Shown in pieces: positions 54,399-64,000 of a DNA stretch of 64,000 nucleotides. Source of the stretch: a virus (lineage: Duplodnaviria; Heunggongvirae; Uroviricota; Caudoviricetes). The stretch lies in the IMG/VR virus record IMGVR_UViG_3300046516_000964, one strand, 5' to 3'. The position numbers and the translations under genes were made by a program. Below the pieces are notes generated by a model, which was not told the origin of the DNA, ran no database searches, and saw only the letters and a list, made by a program, of their open reading frames with translations. Each line of letters begins with the position of its first letter. The stretch's first letter is position 1.

Positions 54399-54700
54399 CC
54401 GCCCTCACGAGGATCTGGCCGTGGCACATCAGGTTCGGGCAGATCGTGGCCCTGATCCTCACCGTCGGGCTGCTCGGAGCGGCAGGAGCGCTTCTCTCAG
54501 CCTGGCCGTACGGATATGCGACTCAGGTCCCGCACGACCCGATCGTCCACTACACAACAACCGCGAAAACGGTCGGGTACCACACCTTCCACCACGGGAC
54601 CCCGGCGATCATGCTGATCGGAGGGTTCATGGCCCTCATCTTCGGCGGTCTGTGTGTCGTCGCCTTCATCGTGCTCAAAGAAACGTGGGAGGACATCTAG
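54395..54700 (+). CDS. Membrane protein
   Basis: ATGA overlap with the upstream stop; two TM helices (IVALILTVGLLGAAGALL, IMLIGGFMALIFGGLCVVAFIVL). Confidence 0.5.
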   Translation: MTALTRIWPWHIRFGQIVALILTVGLLGAAGALLSAWPYGYATQVPHDPIVHYTTTAKTVGYHTFHHGTPAIMLIGGFMALIFGGLCVVAFIVLKETWEDI

Positions 54701-54715
54701 CACCGTAAGAGGTAG

Positions 54716-54729
54716 CGTAACTTGTTACT
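54716..54729. repeat. Palindrome variant CGTAACTTGTTACT
   Basis: Lies after the last plus-strand gene and before the terminators. Confidence 0.4.
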
Positions 54730-54757
54730 CTACTTTCGGTCAGCAGACCGGCACGCA

Positions 54758-54790
54758 GAGAGCCCCGGGAAACCGGGGCTCTTCTTGTTT
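54758..54790 (+). terminator. Rho-independent terminator at the end of the plus-strand block
   Basis: AGAGCCCCGG-GAAA-CCGGGGCTCT hairpin followed by TCTTGTTT. Confidence 0.65.
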
Positions 54791-54822
54791 AACGAAACGG
54801 GGCCCGCGAGGACCCCGTTTCC
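54791..54822 (-). terminator. Convergent terminator for the minus-strand lysis / tail operon
   Basis: AAACGGGG...CCCCGTTT hairpin; on the minus strand it is followed by a UUUCGUU tract. Confidence 0.45.
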
Positions 54823-54876
54823 GTCAGAGAGGAGATAGTGCAGCACAACCCCACGTGCCGTCCCGAATACTACACC

Positions 54877-55536
54877 CTACGTGGACGGCCCATTGCCTTT
54901 CTTCCTGTTCGCCAGGAACCGCGCGTACCGCGCCCACCACGTCGGGGGGATCAGCGATGGGACATTCGGACGCACCGCCTTCGCAGCGGAGCCGTACGGC
55001 AGCCAGTCACCCTCGCCCAACTTCCACGAGACCCACGAGAACCAGCCAGTCTTCGCTCGCAACTTGTCCTGCTTGGTTGGGACGTAGTTGGGTAACGGGT
55101 TACGCAGGTACTGCGCCTGTCTGGCGTCCTGGGAAAGCCGGTAGCTGTTCGGAGCGCCCTGGTGCCCGAAGCTCCACAGGAGCGGGTCAGGACCGGGTGC
55201 CATCACCATCGCCGCGTGGTCGTTCCCGTCGAACCCGAACGTGATGATGTCACCGATCAGCAGGTCGGCCGGTGAGTCAACGTCCTGCAGGTGCTGCCAG
55301 AGCGTGTAGCTGTTCCCATACGGGCCGTACTCCATCCCCATCGGGTCCTTGCAGCCAGCCCACTTGCACAGATACTGCACGCCCTTGCTGCAATCCCCGG
55401 TTACGTGCTGGCCAGCGTGCCACGTTGCTGGTGGGGTGGCGGGACGAACTGCACGGTACGTCCATGTGTGGTTCGCGTCCTCGTCAGCGAGCGTCGCTGT
55501 CATGAGCTTCAACAGGGCTGCGCGATAGTCGGGCAT
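54877..55536 (-). CDS. Cysteine peptidase (NlpC/P60 / CHAP-like), lysin-A-type endolysin candidate
   Basis: Candidate catalytic Cys in HVTGDCSKGVQYLCK and a downstream His (GNDHAAMV); last gene of the late operon, after three membrane proteins. Confidence 0.5.
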   Translation of the reverse strand: MPDYRAALLKLMTATLADEDANHTWTYRAVRPATPPATWHAGQHVTGDCSKGVQYLCKWAGCKDPMGMEYGPYGNSYTLWQHLQDVDSPADLLIGDIITFGFDGNDHAAMVMAPGPDPLLWSFGHQGAPNSYRLSQDARQAQYLRNPLPNYVPTKQDKLRAKTGWFSWVSWKLGEGDWLPYGSAAKAVRPNVPSLIPPTWWARYARFLANRKKGNGPST

Positions 55537-55802
55537 CAGCAGCGAGCCTCCTGAATGTCCTGGTAGGTCGACGTGTAGAACTTCATTACACGGTCGCGCT
55601 GGTCTGGTGGCATCTGCTCGATCTCTTGAAGTGATGGTTGCGATCGTTGGAGGGTGCGCTCAATCACATCGAGGATCTTACCGCGGGAAGCGCACGCCTC
55701 CTGGTGTGACGAGTACCACGACCATCCGATGATGAAGATCGAAAAGACATACAACGCCGAGAGAACAGCTACGGCAACTTTTGTCGAGCGATCCGACCTC
55801 AT
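55536..55802 (-). CDS. Membrane-anchored protein of the lysis cassette
   Basis: N-terminal TM helix (VAVAVLSALYVFSIFIIGWSW). Confidence 0.4.
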   Translation of the reverse strand: MRSDRSTKVAVAVLSALYVFSIFIIGWSWYSSHQEACASRGKILDVIERTLQRSQPSLQEIEQMPPDQRDRVMKFYTSTYQDIQEARC

Positions 55803-56035
55803 GGATGCTTACCGAGAAGCGCGAACACGGTGAACGCGAAGGTGACCGACGAAGCCACCACCGCGAGCGCGAAGGTGTAGAACGCTCGTTTCAAGGACCT
55901 GACATCATCCCCCAGGTCTTTGAGCTGCTGAGCCATTGTCTCAGGCTTCGTCGATTCGATCGCATCGAGTCGTCTCCAAACACTACGGAAGCGTTCAAGT
56001 GTGATCCCATTCGGTTCTGCCCCGTATTCTCCCAC
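55799..56035 (-). CDS. Holin-like membrane protein
   Basis: 78 aa with a C-terminal TM helix (FYTFALAVVASSVTFAFTVFALLG). Confidence 0.45.
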   Translation of the reverse strand: MGEYGAEPNGITLERFRSVWRRLDAIESTKPETMAQQLKDLGDDVRSLKRAFYTFALAVVASSVTFAFTVFALLGKHP

Positions 56036-56051
56036 TGCTCACCCGGGCAAA

Positions 56052-56312
56052 CTACGGTGTCTTCGGTCCGAGCTCGCGCTGGATTAGCGGAGCAAGCCAG
56101 GCTCCGAAGCTGCTGAGCACACCAACGATCGCGCCCGCGACCACCGGGTCGACCGCGACATGAGCGAGCCCGAGCAGCCAAACAACGATCACGCCAGCAC
56201 CACCTGAGACCCCGGCGGCTGCTGTCTTCGGGTGAAGCGTCAGAGCCGATCCCATCAGTCCCTCCCGGTAGCTTGCCAGGAGTATCGGCTCTAGTGCAGG
56301 GAAAACTGACAA
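56052..56312 (-). CDS. Holin-like membrane protein (two TM helices)
   Basis: 86 aa; GAGVIVVWLLGLAHVAV and VVAGAIVGVLSSFGAWLAPLI. Confidence 0.45.
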   Translation of the reverse strand: MSVFPALEPILLASYREGLMGSALTLHPKTAAAGVSGGAGVIVVWLLGLAHVAVDPVVAGAIVGVLSSFGAWLAPLIQRELGPKTP

Positions 56313-58300
56313 TAGAGCGTTGGGTGATCTACCAAGGCATCTGTCGTGAAGCTCACTGGATCACCGAAAAACACCGGAGACCCCGAGGATGACCCGGTGA
56401 GCCGGTAGAAGTACGTCGTAGATGGGGTGAGACCGGTGAGGTTCTCACTGACGCTTTGAGTGCCGGAAGAAGCCGTTCCACCAGCAGTGGTGTTTCCGTA
56501 GGTCCTGTCTGTGCCCCATTCGAACTGCCATGTCACGCTATCGAGTCCGAGTGTGGTCCCGTTCAAGGTAGTCCCCGAGAAGAATGTTCCAGAGGCGGCG
56601 TTGGTAGTGAGAGTCGGGCTATAGAAGAACTGCCAAGGATCACGAGGATTGTATTGGGCGAATGAACCGGTATTAGACTCGTCGAAGAGCGAGAAGAGGA
56701 ACGCGGATCCAGCGAGTCCCGAACTGTGTGCATTAGGGGGCGAGCCGGTACCGACTGCTGGCGGCGAAAGTCTGGTCGTCAACGGAAGAACCTGCGCCCA
56801 GTTCGTTCCGTTCCAGACAAACGTCGGATTCTGATTCTGCGTAGGACCAGTCGTGACCCGAGCCGAGTTGAGGAGCATCACCACTCCGTGAGCATTATCC
56901 GACCAGGCAATGCCGATGTTCTGATTTCCTGGCACGAGGCCCGGGGATAGCTTCGTCCACGATGTCCCATCCCACGTCCAAGTCTCGTTGCTATCCCCGG
57001 TGCTTGAAGTGCCGCCATACGCGACGACCTTCTGGCGGATCTTGTCGTACGCCATTCCAGGATCGGCGGTTGCGGAGGGGCAGGTTGTGCCTCGTACACC
57101 GATGTTTGCGAGTGTCCAGTCGGTTCCATCCCAGGTGTAGGTGTTTCCCTGTTGGACGTTGGTGTTTAGGTTCGCGCCACCGAAGAGAACGAGGTTCCCT
57201 CTGGCAAGGTCGTACGCCATCCCGTAGCCGTAGAGTGGCTGAGGAGGGGTGGCGACTGTAAGTTGCGTCCAATCGGAGCCATCGTACTTCCAGGTTTCTG
57301 ATGCCCACACTCCCGCTGTCTGGAGGTTCGCGAGCGTCAACAGATAGCCGTTGACTGGATCGTAACCGAGCGACCAGATGCCAGGAGGAGTGTGCGCGGG
57401 GGCCTCCAACGTCCAGTCGGAACCGTCATACGACCACAGTTCCGGCGTGGTGCCTCCGCCTGGGTTGAGGAGCCAGCGATAGACTTTACTGTTGCCGCTG
57501 TCCAACACAAGACTGAAGGTGCCATCAAGCGTCGGCGCTGTAGTGGCGTATTCGTGAACCCAGGTCGGCCCGTTGAACGCGGGAACGTAGGCAGGCGGCT
57601 GGTTCCATGAGAGTGCGTCGAGCGGCGGTCCCGCCAACGTCGGGCCGATCACCCCGAGCGTTCCACGCGCCAGGTTGACCTGCGCGAGATCGACAGGTGA
57701 ACCGAAATCGTTTGCGGAGACGTAGACGATCCCGTCCTCGCCGATAGCTGCCGCCGCAACGGAGTAGTTCAGGGCCGATAGATCGTCGATCTCGCAGTAG
57801 ATAGTCGCGGCGCCCGTTACCTTGTCGAGCGTGTAGGCAAACCCGCCGGTGCCATTCGGGAACACGTAGAGGACATCATGTCCGTCGATCGCGAGCCCAC
57901 CCCCAGATGTGGAAGTGATTCCAGACACGCCGACCGCGGCTGCCGCGCCCGTGCTCTTGTTGATTGTGTAGAGCTTGTGATCTATCGGGTTGAACCCGTA
58001 GAGCTGCCCGGTCGAGTCGCAGACGATATCGCCGAAGTTCACCCCGCCGCCAAATGACCCGATAAACGTCCCGGCCCCTGTTGAGAGATTCACGCTGATC
58101 AAGCTCTTAGAGTGCGCGGTGCTGTTGTTGCTCGTCGCGCCGTACATCGTGGTGCCGCCGATGTCGTAGGCGAGCCCGGTCAGCGCGAACCCGCACGCGC
58201 CGATCGAGGTTGCCGTGCCCGAGCGCGGGTCGATCGTGTACAGATCGGAAGTAGTGGCTGAACCGCCAACGGCGCCGTAGAGGATCGCGTCAGTTGTCAT
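56291..58300 (-). CDS. Minor tail protein with Kelch-type beta-propeller repeats and an FN3-like C-terminus
   Basis: Recurrent ...TWDGTxWTxL... blades (NTYTWDGTDWTL, ETWTWDGTSWTKL) and YFYRLTGSSSGSPVFFGDPVSFTT. Confidence 0.6.
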   Translation of the reverse strand: MTTDAILYGAVGGSATTSDLYTIDPRSGTATSIGACGFALTGLAYDIGGTTMYGATSNNSTAHSKSLISVNLSTGAGTFIGSFGGGVNFGDIVCDSTGQLYGFNPIDHKLYTINKSTGAAAAVGVSGITSTSGGGLAIDGHDVLYVFPNGTGGFAYTLDKVTGAATIYCEIDDLSALNYSVAAAAIGEDGIVYVSANDFGSPVDLAQVNLARGTLGVIGPTLAGPPLDALSWNQPPAYVPAFNGPTWVHEYATTAPTLDGTFSLVLDSGNSKVYRWLLNPGGGTTPELWSYDGSDWTLEAPAHTPPGIWSLGYDPVNGYLLTLANLQTAGVWASETWKYDGSDWTQLTVATPPQPLYGYGMAYDLARGNLVLFGGANLNTNVQQGNTYTWDGTDWTLANIGVRGTTCPSATADPGMAYDKIRQKVVAYGGTSSTGDSNETWTWDGTSWTKLSPGLVPGNQNIGIAWSDNAHGVVMLLNSARVTTGPTQNQNPTFVWNGTNWAQVLPLTTRLSPPAVGTGSPPNAHSSGLAGSAFLFSLFDESNTGSFAQYNPRDPWQFFYSPTLTTNAASGTFFSGTTLNGTTLGLDSVTWQFEWGTDRTYGNTTAGGTASSGTQSVSENLTGLTPSTTYFYRLTGSSSGSPVFFGDPVSFTTDALVDHPTLYCQFSLH

Positions 58301-58481
58301 GAGCGCCTATGCAGAACGATGTTGCAGTACACCTCGACCTCGCCCGTTGTCATCGCGACGCCGAGACCGTTCGTCGCCTGCGCGCTATTCACCCAGTATT
58401 GGAGCTCGATGTTCTTGCTCGCGCCGAAGTTGTAACGAGGTCCCGGATAGTGCGTCGGGGTGAGCTGGGTCCAGTCGATCG

Positions 58482-58485
<4 letters not shown>
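58297..58485 (-). CDS. Small hypothetical tail-associated protein
   Basis: 62 aa; 4-nt overlaps on both sides. Confidence 0.35.
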
Positions 58486-59713
<1,228 letters not shown>

Positions 59714-59717
<4 letters not shown>

Positions 59718-61132
59718 TGCCAGGGAGCCGTGTTGAAGAAGGCGCGCGGGGATACGTCCAAGGTCATTGTCACATCAACGATGGACGAGTTCAGAAGCGG
59801 CTGCACCTGGTAGTGGATTCCCTCCACAAAGAACTCTGCTGGGGTGAGCCCGTCGGTCTCCTTGCCGAACCCGCCACCACCGGGGCCGCTCGTGAACACG
59901 TTCACGATGTCACCGATCTCCACCCCGCATAGGAACTGCCATGTCTGGCTGTCACCAGGGAGCCGAGAATGGAACTCCAACCGTGAGATCCGAATCTGCG
60001 GGAGTTTGTAGTTGTCGACGTAATACTGGGAGTAGTACACGCAGACAGCGTTCGCGCCGGACTGAGTGAAGGGCTGCGGTGTCTGCGCCGAAGATCCGGA
60101 CCCAGCGGGCTGACCGAACACAAGAATGTCCGGGAGCGTCAACGCTCGATACCCGTAGGCGGTCGCGGAAGCAGAGTTCGTGAACAGCTGGCCCTCGATA
60201 TCTGACTGCTGGATACCGGTGGGGTAGCAGAGGCACGCGTTGTACAGGTGCGTCTGGTCGATGTTCCATTCGATCACAGCGATCCTCGCAGCTCCGAACG
60301 TGTTCGCGGCGTTCGCGTCACCGACCTGCCAAAACTGCACGTCCTGAGGGAAGTTCGTCGGCTGGAACCGCGGGTAGCGCCCGTAGAACGTCAACGCCCC
60401 CGTCTTCGCGATGAACACGTTCGCGACCCCAGGAAACTCTGCGTCAGCACAATCCTGGATCGCGGAAAGGATGCTCGTGCCGGGGTTGTAAGCGACCCCC
60501 TGCAAAAAGATATTCCCGGTGTTCACGTTTCGCCACCGTGCCCCGGTCGGCCACGCCGCCGTGTCGAGAAGACCGTTGATCCTTGTCTGGCACGCGGTCC
60601 CGGCTGTGTCACCGACGATCACCGTGGTCCCGTTCCCGGCGTTCGAGTAGATCGCACCCGTGGTGTCCGGGACGAGCTCGGCCCGGGAGAGCGGCTCGAA
60701 CCCGTCGACGAGGCTGAGGGTCACGATCTCCAACCGCTCCTCCGTCGTGATCGTCCAGCTCCACGACTCCACAAACCCGGTGAACACCACCGTGTATGCG
60801 GTGTTCGCCGGGTTGAACAAGCTGATCGACACCGGGAGCATCGCCCCGATCTGCAAGTAGAATGGGCTGCTCGCGTTCGTCGGATCGAACAACCCGTTCG
60901 GGTCCTGCAACGTGATCGTCGCCGTGCCTGTCTGCGTCTTGTCGAGCTCATAGGAGCGCCCGCGATCCACAGACCAGTTCGACACAACATTGCAGTGATG
61001 CGGGGCCGCGACCTTGTACCCCCACACCGCGACTTTCGGATCGTCGAGACGAGTCCAGGTCGGAGAAGTGTCATTCCAGTTCGAACCGAACCCGATACAG
61101 ATCCCGTCGGGGGCATGGCCGTTGTCGGCCAC
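59714..61132 (-). CDS. Minor tail protein (distal tail protein position after the tape measure)
   Basis: 472 aa, encoded immediately after the tape measure gene. Confidence 0.55.
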
Positions 61133-61133
61133 G

Positions 61134-64000
61134 CTACGTCATCCCCAGGTTCTTGCCTGCGTTCGGTCCCCTCGTCTGGGTCGTGTTCCGCCGCTTTGTC
61201 TTCAGTAACGCGTTACGCACCTCGGCGGCGAGCACCTTCGGGTCCTTCTCGTACCCCTGGATCACGATCGTGGTATTTCCCTGCATGATCACGTTCTGAC
61301 CCGAGTGGCGCACCGGGATACCCGCAACAGCAGGGCCGATCGGGAGATGGCCACCGTAGATCTCCATCTCCATCAGCCGTTGCGCCGCAGCCTTGCGCTT
61401 CGCCGGGTCGTGGATCGCCGTCAGAGTCTTCATCACGTCCTTTACCGACGCGAGGTGGTAGCTCGGGATCGCCTGCTTCTTTGGGTCGGTGTTGTTCTTG
61501 ATCTGGGTCAGAAGATCAGTGATCTTCCCTCTGATCGCCGGGTCCATTTTTGCCCCCGAAGCCTTGATCTCAGCCAGGTACCCCCTGATGCGCTCGAAAT
61601 CTTTCAGCGCCTGCTTAGAGAAATGAACTCCGTGCGACTCCAAAGCTTTCACCTGCTGCTGCAAAGTCATGTTCGCAAACCCAGGGATCAGACTCATCGG
61701 GTTCACGCCCTTCGCGTGCGGAAGATGCCTCAAGATCTGCGTCAACGCACTGTGCTCCGCGCGAACAACACTCTCAATCGATGCCGTCTGCCCCGACCCG
61801 ATCCCGAAGATCTTCTCCCACTTCCTGTTGATCCCAGCCGCAACCTGGGCTTTCAGGGCTTTGGCCTGATCCTTCTGAGCTTTGTTGATGGTCTCCTGTG
61901 TCGCGTTGATCTCCTTCTGGACACGGTTCTCGTCGTTCTTAAGCTGAACCGTCTGCTTGTCCTGACCCAGAAGCTTGTCCTTCAACGTTTTCAGTTGAAC
62001 CATTTGGTTGCCTGCAGCACGGAGCGCATGATTGACGACAGCAAGCGCCGCGCTGGGGGTCGCGGCCGCACTGAACCCGCTAGTGAGGTTCGAACGGATA
62101 GAGCTGATCGCCGTCTGGTGCTGAGTGATCTGCAACTTACGAGAGTCCTCAACCGCTTTCGCGAGAGCCTTCGCCTGATGGTCCAGGATGCGCGCAATGT
62201 CTCTCTCCGCTGAGGCCTGAGCGCGAGCAAGGGTTGTGAGCTCCGCTCTCTTCTTCGTCTGGTCCTTCAACGCCACCGTCTGGTTCTTCAAATGCTCGTA
62301 GGCTTTCGCCGCTGAACGCTCATACGCTCTCGCGAGCGCAAGCTGCTGACCAAAAGACGCTCCAGAGCCTGTCGTCATCGCCTGGGAAACAGCCTGCTGC
62401 GCGTTGAACACCGCGCCACCAGCGCTAGTCGGGCCGGCGAACCCGAGACCACCGGTTTGATCGAACGGAGACGGCTTCCCATGTCCAGGGCGAGCGCTCC
62501 CCTTCGGGTTGAACCCACCGATCGCGTCCCCGCCAAACGGGAGCCCCTTCCCAGCCTTGATCGCAGCGACAGACCTAGCCGTCTGCCCAGCTTTCCATCC
62601 CTGCACGTAGGCGGGGCTATTCGTGTTCCCATCCGGCGGGAGCATTCCCATGTACCCGGCCCTGTAATCGTCGTACCCCGAGGTCCCCTTCGGGTACCTG
62701 ACGAACCCATGAGTTTTCGACCCGGCAACACTCGGGTCAAATACCCTCACATCAGGCCAGTTCGGCGTTTTGATGTTGTCGACAGAGTTCGAGAAGTCAG
62801 GGAGAGAACCAATCGTTGCGCCACCGAAAAGCTTGTGCCAAATCGCCTCAACAGGACCTTTGATCGTGGACAAAATCACGACGGGAATGACAATCCTCAG
62901 GAGGGCGAGCTTCAACAGGCTCGCACGGACCGTCCCGACAGCCGCGACCGTCTTATCCAGAGCCCCGAGCCAGCCGACCACCCATCTAGTGGTGAGAAGT
63001 AGGAGGATGCTGTCGATCGCTCCGCGCACCCCAATGAGACCGCCTGTGAGCCTACTGAGCGGCTGGATGATGCTGTTGATCCCACTAAGAAGCGTGAGGA
63101 AAGCACCGATGAGACTCTTCAGAACAGCGAGAAGATCACCGGTGGCCTTGATCATCCCGTGAAGGAAGTTGTTGAACAACTGGCGATTGCCGTTCAGAAG
63201 ATCAGCCAGATCTTGGAACAACTTCGAGACGAGCCGGATCAGATCAATGCTGTTCTTCAGACTGATCGCGTTCCCGAGCGCACCGATCGCTCTCCCGATC
63301 GACCCTAGTAATCCCGCAATCGCTTGCAGTGACGACTTCGCACGATCGAAAAAGCTCGCAAGACCGCCTGTTGCCTGCTGTGTTTTGATGAACGCGTCAG
63401 CAGCTTTCGACGCTTTCACGCCAACATTCTCAAGCCAGTTCGTGAACGGGAGAGCAGCATTACCGATCCGCACAACCGCATCGAGGATGTGAGTGAACGC
63501 CGTCGCGAGCTTCTCGATACCGGCAGCGTCACCGATCATCATCTGCTGCAGCTGCCTGTCGAACCCAGAAGAACCGAGAAACTTCCCGATCGTCTTAGCG
63601 CCAGTACCCAAAGAGTTACTGAACGCGGTAACGATGCTCCCGGCCGCACCGATCGACGATGGGGTCAGGGCAGAGTTGATCGCTGAGGTGAGCTTCGGAA
63701 GTAGGTTGTTCTGAGCGAGACGCTCCAACGGCTTCGTGAACCCAACGTCGATCGAACGGAGATTCTGCACGAAGCTCCTCTGAACTGGAGTGAGTGCATC
63801 AAATGCAGCCTTGCTTGTGAACGCCGCAGCGCTGATATCAGCGAACGCAAGCTTCAGCGTGGCCCCGGCTCCAACCAAAGTCCCGAGCATGTTTGGCAGC
63901 GCACCAGCCAAACCACCAGCACCCACTCCGATGGCAGGCCCAGCGGCAGCAGCAAGACCAAGTCCGGTCAGAACCGCGCCGGCGCCGGCGCGACGACCAC
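61134..64000 (-). CDS. Tape measure protein (N-terminal part lies beyond the window)
   Basis: More than 950 codons, Ala/Gly/Leu-rich with a predicted helical coiled coil. The frame stays open upstream of the listed GTG at 63926 to the window edge. Confidence 0.65.
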   Translation of the reverse strand, partial: GRRAGAGAVLTGLGLAAAAGPAIGVGAGGLAGALPNMLGTLVGAGATLKLAFADISAAAFTSKAAFDALTPVQRSFVQNLRSIDVGFTKPLERLAQNNLLPKLTSAINSALTPSSIGAAGSIVTAFSNSLGTGAKTIGKFLGSSGFDRQLQQMMIGDAAGIEKLATAFTHILDAVVRIGNAALPFTNWLENVGVKASKAADAFIKTQQATGGLASFFDRAKSSLQAIAGLLGSIGRAIGALGNAISLKNSIDLIRLVSKLFQDLADLLNGNRQLFNNFLHGMIKATGDLLAVLKSLIGAFLTLLSGINSIIQPLSRLTGGLIGVRGAIDSILLLLTTRWVVGWLGALDKTVAAVGTVRASLLKLALLRIVIPVVILSTIKGPVEAIWHKLFGGATIGSLPDFSNSVDNIKTPNWPDVRVFDPSVAGSKTHGFVRYPKGTSGYDDYRAGYMGMLPPDGNTNSPAYVQGWKAGQTARSVAAIKAGKGLPFGGDAIGGFNPKGSARPGHGKPSPFDQTGGLGFAGPTSAGGAVFNAQQAVSQAMTTGSGASFGQQLALARAYERSAAKAYEHLKNQTVALKDQTKKRAELTTLARAQASAERDIARILDHQAKALAKAVEDSRKLQITQHQTAISSIRSNLTSGFSAAATPSAALAVVNHALRAAGNQMVQLKTLKDKLLGQDKQTVQLKNDENRVQKEINATQETINKAQKDQAKALKAQVAAGINRKWEKIFGIGSGQTASIESVVRAEHSALTQILRHLPHAKGVNPMSLIPGFANMTLQQQVKALESHGVHFSKQALKDFERIRGYLAEIKASGAKMDPAIRGKITDLLTQIKNNTDPKKQAIPSYHLASVKDVMKTLTAIHDPAKRKAAAQRLMEMEIYGGHLPIGPAVAGIPVRHSGQNVIMQGNTTIVIQGYEKDPKVLAAEVRNALLKTKRRNTTQTRGPNAGKNLGMT

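Noticed and set aside
8367-54729. Considered whether the recurring 14-bp palindrome could be a CRISPR array or a MITE-type mobile-element end
   Set aside because: Copies are separated by whole genes of variable length, not 25-40 bp spacers. The unit is a perfect palindrome without flanking target-site duplications. It behaves as a regulatory motif.

Overview
High-GC (~64 %) double-stranded DNA phage genome segment, probably a siphovirus of an actinobacterial host. I found no bacterial housekeeping genes. The late structural genes lie on the minus strand at both ends of the window, which suggests a circular permutation. At the right end, 54.9–64 kb, are a lysis cassette, minor tail proteins and a tape measure protein that is cut off at the window edge. 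At the left end, 18.5 kb down to 1, are the large terminase, a ~7 kb island of glycosyltransferase and methyltransferase genes, portal, a NUDIX + histidine-phosphatase + prohead-protease fusion protein, scaffold, major capsid and collagen-like tail proteins. About 36 kb of plus-strand early genes (18.6–54.7 kb) lie between them. These include Ku, an SSB-like protein, a Cas4/RecB-like exonuclease, HNH, a DNA methyltransferase, RusA, two ParB-like proteins, SprT-like, SPFH/band-7, macro, NADAR and SLOG/YpsA-like proteins, LuxR- and RHH-type regulators, and one tRNA-Lys. I saw no integrase and no CRISPR array. Two layers of non-coding signal stand out. One is four near-identical SigA-type promoters (-35 cTAGaCA, 18-bp spacer, -10 gGGTATACT). 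The other is a 14-bp palindrome, CGTAAC-NN-GTTACG, present in more than 25 copies; most sit 10–27 nt upstream of a start codon, and the upstream gene's stop codon is often inside the motif. The most interesting biology is a set of enzymes that process ADP-ribose and NAD-derived nucleotides: a NUDIX + histidine-phosphatase cargo fused to the capsid protease and therefore probably packaged in the virion, plus separate macro, NADAR and SLOG proteins. Together they look like an anti-defence module. I derived coordinates for non-CDS elements by counting within sequence rows, so they may be off by 1–2 nt.
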